NCBI RefSeq assembly: GCF_032191835.1
Contig: NC_083223.1
Location: 250,170,001-250,234,000 of the forward strand
Source: Heteronotia binoei
Lineage: Eukaryota
Reading direction: 5' to 3'
Length of the DNA stretch: 64,000 nucleotides
Every line of letters starts with the position of its first letter. The stretch's first letter is position 1. Below, piece by piece: positions 58,701-64,000 of the stretch. Position numbers and translations under genes: made by a program. Below the pieces are notes generated by a model that was not told the DNA's origin, did not search any database, and saw nothing but the letters and a program-made list of their open reading frames with translations.

Positions 58701-61282
58701 GAATGCTTGTGCAGCTCCTTTACACACTAAATTGCTAGAGAAGAACAAAGTAGCTGCTGATCATTTTAGTGCCAATTTATTTCAATATTTAATGTTGCTT
58801 TTTTGTGGTAAATTTTATTGCCTTGCTGCTTAGTGCTGTGAAGCTGCTAAGAAATTTCCTGTGTTAACTTTTTTCTTTTTAGTGAAAGTGAAGCTGGGTT
58901 TTATTACTGTTTTTTAAATATGTGATTATTTTACAGTTCTGTTGTTGTTGTTTGTCTGAAAGCCACTTCACCATCTTCAAGTACATGAAGGGGTGTCGTA
59001 TAGAGGATGGTGCAGAGTTGTTTTCTGTTGCCTTTGAAGGTCGGACCAGAACCAGTGGGTTGAAATTAAATCAAAATAATTTCTGGCTAAACATTAGGAA
59101 GAACATCCTGACAAAGCAGTTCCTCAATGGAACAAGCTTCCTTGCGAGGTGGTGGGTTCTCCTTCCTTGAAGGTTTTTAAACAGAGGCTGGGTGGCCATT
59201 TGACAGCCATGCTGATTTGATCATGAGAAGGAGGGCAGGAAGGGTTGCATCAGTGCTTAGTTCTCATGGTTGTTTGTTATATGCCCAGGGAAATGCTGAT
59301 TGCCACTTTGGGGTCAGTCAGCAATTTTTCTCCAGGCCAGTTTGGCAACGGATCCTGGAGGTTTTATTGCCATCTTCTAGGCATGGAGCAAGGGTCACTG
59401 GGGATGTATGTGTGGGGGGAAGGTATTTGTGAATGTCCTTCATTGTGCAGGGGTTTGGACTAGATGACCCTGGAGGTCCTTTCCAGCTCTATAATTCTAA
59501 GTGGTTGTGGTGGAGAAAGTAGGAAAGAAATAAGTAAATGAAATAATAAAATCTTTTAGCATGAAAATAAATATAAGACTGGGGAGAACTAGAGAAGCAA
59601 GGGGGTGAATGTGAGCTAATACATATGTGTTTGTGTGGAGGGAGAATCTTCCACAGTATTTGATCTGGTCATTCTTTACAAACCCTCCCCCACCTGATAG
59701 TACAATCCAAAATACAACTATTTCTTTCTTTCTTAAGATATTTATGTCCTGCCTTCCCTTGTGGCTCAGGGTGGCTTACAAGTCACAATTAAAGCTTTAC
59801 AAATTAAAACCAGTAGAATAAAGCCCCAGATACCCTTCCGCTCCAAAGATTCCTGCAGCTGTGCTACCTTAAGTGTATTAAGAGGTAGTGAATGCGCATT
59901 TTGTGAATATCTCCTGAAGCCCTTCTTCGGTGGTAAATGCAGCTTGAATCTGCCTTGCCTTTGAGTGCGTTAGTGTGTATACCAAGGATTACTTTCCCAG
60001 TATAAACTACTGATTCGACATCTGGATTTCCCCCTCTTGTTCTAAGGAGTTATCTATATTGTACTTACTCCTCTTTTTGCCATTGCAAAACCACCATGTT
60101 TTTCAAAGGGTTTTTCTAACTCTTCTCAGCCTAGTTCTGAGCTGGAGGCTTTAAATGTAGGCCAAAGTGTTATATATTTCCGCATTCATTTCAATATCCA
60201 TTTCCCATGATGATTCCAGTGGGTTAGCCATGTCAGATTGCGGTATCAAAATTACCGGTAAACGTGAGTCCAGTGGCACTTCCAAGGTTAACAAAATATG
60301 TTCCAGCATAAGCGTGAGTCAGTTCCCTTGGTCACATCCAGTAAGTGTTGCTTCATACTTCTGATGAACTGAGCTCGGACTAACAAAAAGAATAGGGTTT
60401 ATAACTCTAGCTTCCTTGTGGTTTTTGTGAGGAGAAGGTGTCACTGAGCCTCTGAATCACTGAGTTTGAACTATTGAAGGCTTCTGTTTGAACTATTGTG
60501 GGTGAAGAGGTTTAACTGATCAGGAGTCAGCCCTGGGTTTGACTATCTGGACTCAGCTCTGACATATATGCAGTAGTAGCACCGGAGCGCGTTTCTGAGC
60601 AAGCACAGACGCAGAGTGCATTTCTCTAATTTGTGAACAGTTGCAGCTGAGATTAAGAAGCTGGGCATCTGAAAAGACTTGTGCCTTGGCATTGCTGGGC
60701 TGGCGCTGTAGGGAGGTGGGTTCCAAATGGTACTCTTGGGTGCTCTTTCTGTTCCTTCCAACTGGATTTGTAGTAGGCTGATTCACCAGTCATCCCATGA
60801 ATGACTACCTTTTAAAGCTGCAATTCTCAGGTGCTCAAACTCAGAGATGGTCATGGACTGGATTTTTCCATCCCTTCAGGTTAGACTTGCTGTTAGTTAT
60901 TCCATTTTTGCCTTCCAGGGGCAGCTGTGATTTGACAGAGGCAAGACTCCCACACTGAACTGCCTCCCGCACAGGGATAAACCTTTCATGATGGCCTCTC
61001 AGGGAACACCAAAGGACTCGTGAGTAACAGAGTCTCATTAGGTCTAGCTTGGGAGGGATTTACTTTGGGATTGTTTGCACTGTGTGATTTGCACTGTACA
61101 TAGTAACAGTCTGCTTTTATATCATTAAGGATAATTGCTTTTTCTGTTTTTGTGTGGTCTCTGGTACTCAGCCCCTTTTGTGGTTTTCTGCCAAGTCAAA
61201 CCGCTGGTCTTTCAAGATCAGTATTGTTCATTCTGACTGGCAGCTGCTGCTCAGGGTCTCAAGTAGAGGTTTTTCTCATAAC

Positions 61283-61288
<6 letters not shown>

Positions 61289-61350
<62 letters not shown>

Positions 61351-61405
61351 CTTTTATTTATATCCCGCCCTTCCCGCCGGAGCAGGCTCAGGGCGGCTAA
61401 CATGA
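61289..61405 (-). mobile_element. Young 5'-truncated L2-type retroposon with a (TTA)n tail and 12-bp TSD, inserted in a SINE
   Basis: TSD CATAACTTAATA at 61277-61288 and 61406-61417. (TAA)22 at 61284-61349. The flanks rejoin into a Squam2-like SINE. Confidence 0.82.
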
Positions 61406-64000
61406 CATAACTTAATACCTGATCCTTTTATAACCAAATGTGCCTGGGATTGAACTTCTGCCCTTCTGCATGCAAAGGAGAGGCTCTGCCACTGAACCAC
61501 AACACCAGCTCCTTTGCTTCCCCAACTCAACATTAATTAGACCAATTATGCAAGTCTTCCAATGTCCCCAAAGGATTGTTTCTGAAAAAGAGGCAAAGGC
61601 AAAAGGTGTGTCCTTTTTTAAAAAAGTGCTTTCAGGTATGTATTTGGATGCTGGAAAGTGTTTCATGACTGACTTGCTTAGATTTCAGGATTAGAAGTAT
61701 TTGGTGAGCTACACTTCCCCAAAACCTGACTTTCCAGTCTAGTCACAAGAGAGAGAGGCTGAGGGGGTGGTTTTGGCTTCTGCCCTTCTTTCCTTCACTA
61801 TCAAGACACAGCATTTCTGTTTGTGGGGGAGGGACGTAAGCAAACCAAGGGAAAACTGCCTCCCCTTCCATCATCTCTTTATAACACCCCCCCTTGCTGC
61901 TCAGTTTTCAAGGAGGCCAGAAAGGCTTTAATGTTTGGATCAGTCTTTTTGCAACCCCAGGGGAATTTTGACATGCGTTGGGATTTTTCATTTCTGTCTT
62001 TCCTGTTACCCACCTGAGAGTCTTAAGCTGGGAAACATTCAGAAGACCCACGTCCCCAAACCTGTCTGAGACAGAGAATTGAGATTCTCTCCCTCTCTTT
62101 AGCCTTTCTGTAGGTTATCTTCCAGGAGTCGCTCATGCACAGTAGCTGTGCAAGAACACAGGAGTTTACATGGAGGGGTGAGGGGAGAAGCCTGGGCATC
62201 ATGATAGGCTAGGGGTGCTCACTTGACCATTCTTGATTAAATCTCTAAAGTTCCCCATCCTCCCAATATAGAGGAATATCCATAGCTTGATAATCTGTGC
62301 ATTGTATGCAGCCAGGTTCAGTCCATGACAACTCTAGTGAAAGGGTATCTTTCTCTCCCTCTCTTGCTCACTGCTGTTTCCCTCTGACTTTTCCTCTGTC
62401 CAGATTTTGAGGCTGGAAATAAACTAAGAAGGGGTAGTAGAGAGAACGTTCAAGCCCTCCTTTCATACTAGCCATCTTTCTGTTGCAGAGTACCTTATCT
62501 TTACTATGGTGACCTTGAGAGTGGGCTGCATAGTGTGCTTTCTGTGGAGTCTGCCTTTTAAAGATACTTGTAAGGTGTGTCTGATCCAGATGAGCGCTAG
62601 CTAGAGAAATTGTATTATGCTTACCTCTGCAGGTCTACATGGAGTACCATTTTAAGAACACAAGAACCCTGCTGGATCAGACCATTGGTCCATCTAGTCC
62701 AACCTCCTGTCTAACACAGCGGCCAACCAGTTCCTCTGGAGGTCCAACAACAGGGCATAGAGATGGAGACCTTCCCTTGATGTTGCCCCCTGGCTCTGGG
62801 ATTCAGAGGTTTTGTGCCTCTGCCCTTGAAAGTTGCCTTCAGTCACCACTGATAGAGCTATCCTCCATTAATCTGATTCCATTAAAGCTGTTTATTCCTG
62901 TGGCCATCACTACATCCTCTGTCAGCAAATTCCACATTTCATTAACTCTCTGTGTAAAGAAGTATTTGCTTTTGTCTATCCTGAATTTGCTGCCCATCAG
63001 TTTCATTAGATGCCCCTGAGTTCTAGTATATTAGGAGAGGGAGAAAAAATTCTCTCCACCCCATGCATAATCGTATAAACCTCTATCATGTCTCCCCTAA
63101 GTTACCTCTTTCCTAAACTGAAAACTCCCAGACTCTTCAGCCTTTCCTCATAGGGTAGGTGGTCCACCCCCTTAATCATCTTCATTGCCCTCCTCTGTAC
63201 TTTTCCAGCTCAGCAATGTCCTTTTTGAAAGACGGTGACCAGAACTGTATTCCAAATGAGGCCGCATCATAGACAATGTTTCCTCTAATCCACACCCCCC
63301 TCCCCCCGCTGAGCAAAGAAGTTTACATCTTGAGAGAATATAATTGCTATAATTTTAAAATTGTCAATGGGCAATGGCTTCTGCTGAGTGGGGCTTCCTG
63401 TGTCAATGAGTGGCTGCTCATGCACACAGCTTAGAGGGAACACTGACATTGATCTGTACAGGGGCACTATAATAACGTTTTATGTTCTTTTCCTAATAAT
63501 CCCGAATTCCCTAATTCCTAATTTTGTGTACAGGGCCAATCCCAAGAAATAAAGATGTTTCGCTCTGCCTTGGCTTCCTGGCATTTTTGGGGAGTACCCA
63601 TATGATGTTGTCTTATATTTATCCTGCTTTTGTGATTTCTCCCCCTTTGCTGTGATAGTTCCCAAACCTGGTCTGATAATGGTCTTTTCGCAGTCAAAGC
63701 GCCTTTAAATGCTGCGTGGACAGGAAGATGAGCATTTTTGCAGAGTCTGCCCACATTTGGTGCTATTGTCCTTACCTCAGTGCCCTACAGTTGCCATTCC
63801 TCCCCATAGAATGTTTTTTTCAGGGCTTTTAAAAATTGTGACTAGATGTGTTGCTGTAGCACAGTAGTGTTATAACAAGCTATTTCTATGATCAACTAGT
63901 TCACAGCTTTCACTTTTTGAAAAAAGTAAGTTATGGTGGAGTTGTAAGGGGAAAGATGCAGGTTGTACTTTTTTCTTTACATCTCTGCAATGAAAAGGCC

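Noticed and set aside
59900-61030. Unique-looking block with several donor-like GTGAGT/GTAAGT sites, an AP-1 site and 52-77 aa ORFs, as exon 2 of the 50.3-kb gene
   Set aside because: The acceptors I tried give early stops in the required phase 1, and no translation resembles a known protein.
1-64000. Most entries of the six-frame ORF track (60-180 aa)
   Set aside because: This is spliced vertebrate DNA. Apart from ORFs overlapping the MRPL11 and NPAS4 exons and LINE fragments, they fall in SINEs, microsatellites or random sequence, and many use non-ATG starts.

Overview
Vertebrate (squamate, most likely gecko) genomic DNA, judged from the SINE families, CR1/L2/RTE LINE fragments and protein sequences. 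It is not prokaryotic. The window holds (i) the last three coding exons of MRPL11 on + (336-3890), (ii) a complete 8-exon NPAS4 gene on + (ATG 33000, stop 37919, 759 aa by my exon assembly) with a TATA/CRE promoter and a likely poly(A) signal at 39758, and (iii) a CpG island at ~49.95-50.57 kb with a probable first exon of an unidentified + strand gene whose first intron runs out of the window. The rest is TE-rich: tRNA- and 5S-derived SINEs, CR1, L2, BovB, L1, hAT and Harbinger-like MITEs, a solo LTR and a Penelope fold-back. Most notable: a minimal hammerhead ribozyme inside an 84-bp Penelope hairpin, a triplicated REST/RE1 cluster in NPAS4 intron 1, an SRF/MEF2/CRE/RFX module upstream of NPAS4, an R150H change in a conserved PAS-A motif, NPAS4 orientation flipped relative to MRPL11 compared with human, and an orphan E2F/CTCF CpG patch with a splice donor. 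All coordinates were counted by hand. TE boundaries without a TSD are approximate, and TE family names come from recognition rather than a database search.
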